From IMG/VR virus record IMGVR_UViG_3300003322_000571, positions 1 to 64,000 of that record: a DNA stretch of 64,000 nucleotides, one strand, 5' to 3'. Every line of letters starts with the position of its first letter. Positions within the stretch are counted from its first letter, which is position 1. Below are positions 62,653 through 64,000 of the stretch, piece by piece. The position numbers and the translations under genes are program-made. Under the pieces are notes generated by a model, which had not been told where the DNA came from, ran no database searches, and saw nothing but the letters and a program-made list of their open reading frames with translations.

Positions 62653-63057
62653 ATGTCGCTAGGTACAATTAAAGATGTCGTAATTGCTACGGTGGATGTC
62701 GCTAATCTCAACAATCGCGTTTACCCAAAGAACGTGATTGAAGAAGCTGTTCGTCAGCGTGTTCATCCGATTTTCGGCCGAGTCGGTATGCCGGAAGCAG
62801 GATCGTCTTGTGAGGTCGACCTTCGTGATGTATCACATCAAGTTACCGATCTCCGAATCACCGAAGATGGTAACTTGACTGGCACAGTTGTCGTCCTTGA
62901 CACGCCTCCCGGTAGGTTGCTGACATCATTGTTGACAGAGAACCTCGACATCACCTTCCGCATGGCAGGATATGGTGATCTAATTGATAAGGATGGATAC
63001 ACAGAAGTGACCAACTTTCGTCTATCATCGATCAATGCTGTCGCAGACGGTGCTTGA
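62653..63057 (+). CDS. degenerate prohead protease (gp21-like) paralog
   Basis: NLNNRVYP, VSHQVT, VLDTPPGR. Confidence 0.65.
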   Translation: MSLGTIKDVVIATVDVANLNNRVYPKNVIEEAVRQRVHPIFGRVGMPEAGSSCEVDLRDVSHQVTDLRITEDGNLTGTVVVLDTPPGRLLTSLLTENLDITFRMAGYGDLIDKDGYTEVTNFRLSSINAVADGA

Positions 63058-63075
63058 TCTCATTAAGGGTCAACC

Positions 63076-63375
63076 ATGAAACTCCTCGAAGAACTTGAAG
63101 CACAGTTTACTGATGGTCGTCAACTGTCTTCTGAACTGTTTGGTTACATCTTGCGTTGGTATCAAACAGGTGAGATCGACAAAGTTGATGAGCTGCTGAA
63201 GTCGATCGAGTTCAAGCCCACGATGCTGCATGTTGCTGCTGGCGTGATCCGTATCACAGCAGGCTGGCGACACCTTCTTCCGTCTTGGGAAGAAGCAAAG
63301 GATCGGGCGGTGTTGGCGATCACGGAAAGTGGTCATGATCCTCACAAGCTGTTAATGGGAGTTCGTCCGTTATGA
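63076..63375 (+). CDS. hypothetical protein
   Basis: ORF. Confidence 0.6.
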   Translation: MKLLEELEAQFTDGRQLSSELFGYILRWYQTGEIDKVDELLKSIEFKPTMLHVAAGVIRITAGWRHLLPSWEEAKDRAVLAITESGHDPHKLLMGVRPL

Positions 63376-63560
63376 AACGTGACATCAAAGATCATCCGTT
63401 ATTGAAAACGATGACGGCTGAGCAACTGTTGCAAATGCTCGTTGATGTTCGAGAAGTTGCATGGGTCGAAGGCCAAGATGGACGAACGAAAGAAGATTTT
63501 TACAACGCTTTAACGCAAATTTGTCGCATCACACGTGATGTTGACAACTACCATTTTTAA
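63372..63560 (+). CDS. hypothetical protein
   Basis: Coupled ORF. Confidence 0.55.
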   Translation: MKRDIKDHPLLKTMTAEQLLQMLVDVREVAWVEGQDGRTKEDFYNALTQICRITRDVDNYHF

Positions 63561-63573
63561 CTGGAGAAACGAT

Positions 63574-64000
63574 ATGTCAAAACTCAATCCAACTGGTCGT
63601 AACGTTACGACAAACATTGTTGCGGTTGCTGCGAACCGTGGTGAACAGCTTGCTGTTTCTGCGAATGGCAACTTGCAATTCAAGAAGGACTCCTACCAGA
63701 CGTTGTACGAAACAACTGTTTCGACGATGCTTGGCAAGGGCAACCAACTGAATTCTGCTGATGCGCTTGTGCAAAAGCTGAAGGCGTCCGTTCGTTCTGT
63801 TGTTGCTGATGGCGCCAGCTCATTCGACTTCATTGCGAACCTCGCAATCCACGCACGTACGGAGATGAACGTCCGTACGATCCCAATCGTTCTTGTGGTT
63901 GAATTTGCGAAGGCGCTCGCCGATCAGCGTCAACCGTTGGTTGCACGTGTTGATGCGATTGAACAAGAACTGACTACAGCTCGTAAGGCTAAGCGTGCGA
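63574..64000 (+). CDS. Ro60/Rsr-like TROVE-domain protein (N-terminal part; runs off the window)
   Basis: GGAG RBS; open to the window end; DFIANLAIHARTEMNVRTIPIVLVVE resembles the TROVE F.A.LA.YAR..M.LR..P helix. Confidence 0.72.
   Translation, partial: MSKLNPTGRNVTTNIVAVAANRGEQLAVSANGNLQFKKDSYQTLYETTVSTMLGKGNQLNSADALVQKLKASVRSVVADGASSFDFIANLAIHARTEMNVRTIPIVLVVEFAKALADQRQPLVARVDAIEQELTTARKAKRA

Noticed and set aside
63577-63774. 65-aa minus-strand ORF at the right edge
   Set aside because: Shadow of the plus-strand TROVE-like ORF starting at 63574, which the track omits because it has no stop in the window.
1-64000. Genome-wide stop-codon reassignment (TGA=Trp or TAG=Gln)
   Set aside because: Many conserved genes end cleanly at TGA and long genes are uninterrupted in the standard code; only two isolated in-frame stops were seen.

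Overview
A 64-kb segment of a large (jumbo) tailed dsDNA phage genome. Evidence: T4-like TAAATA late promoters, tail-fibre/LamG genes, tail tube, sheath and gp21-like domains, and homing endonucleases. PEP-CTERM genes suggest a Gram-negative, possibly betaproteobacterial, host. The window is dominated by translation and RNA biology: about 35 tRNA genes in two arrays (about 0-10.4 kb and 32.8-42.1 kb) plus outliers, an RNase P RNA, a CCA-adding enzyme, a putative RNA ligase, a HAD RNA-repair phosphatase, a cyclic-phosphate receiver protein, Pth2, and an RF1-like release factor interrupted by an in-frame UGA. It also carries NAD/ADP-ribose enzymes (NadV, NAD kinase, NADAR, ADP-ribosylglycohydrolase). 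The most striking unannotated system is six dispersed ncRNAs sharing one bulged terminal stem (G-YTGCG-W-RG...TT-N-C-W-TC / TT-N(3)-CT-C). Each carries a different tRNA-derived cargo: permuted tRNAs, a normally ordered tRNA, or isolated anticodon loops. A Ro60/TROVE-like gene begins at the right edge, so this looks like a modular phage Ro60-Y RNA repertoire. Other highlights: a leader-peptide attenuator whose amino-acid content matches the tRNA array it precedes, mini tmRNA-like RNAs, tRNAs with insertions, and four homing endonucleases that carry recoded duplicates of the gene ends they interrupt. All calls were made by eye with no database searches, so RNA boundaries may be off by a few bases.
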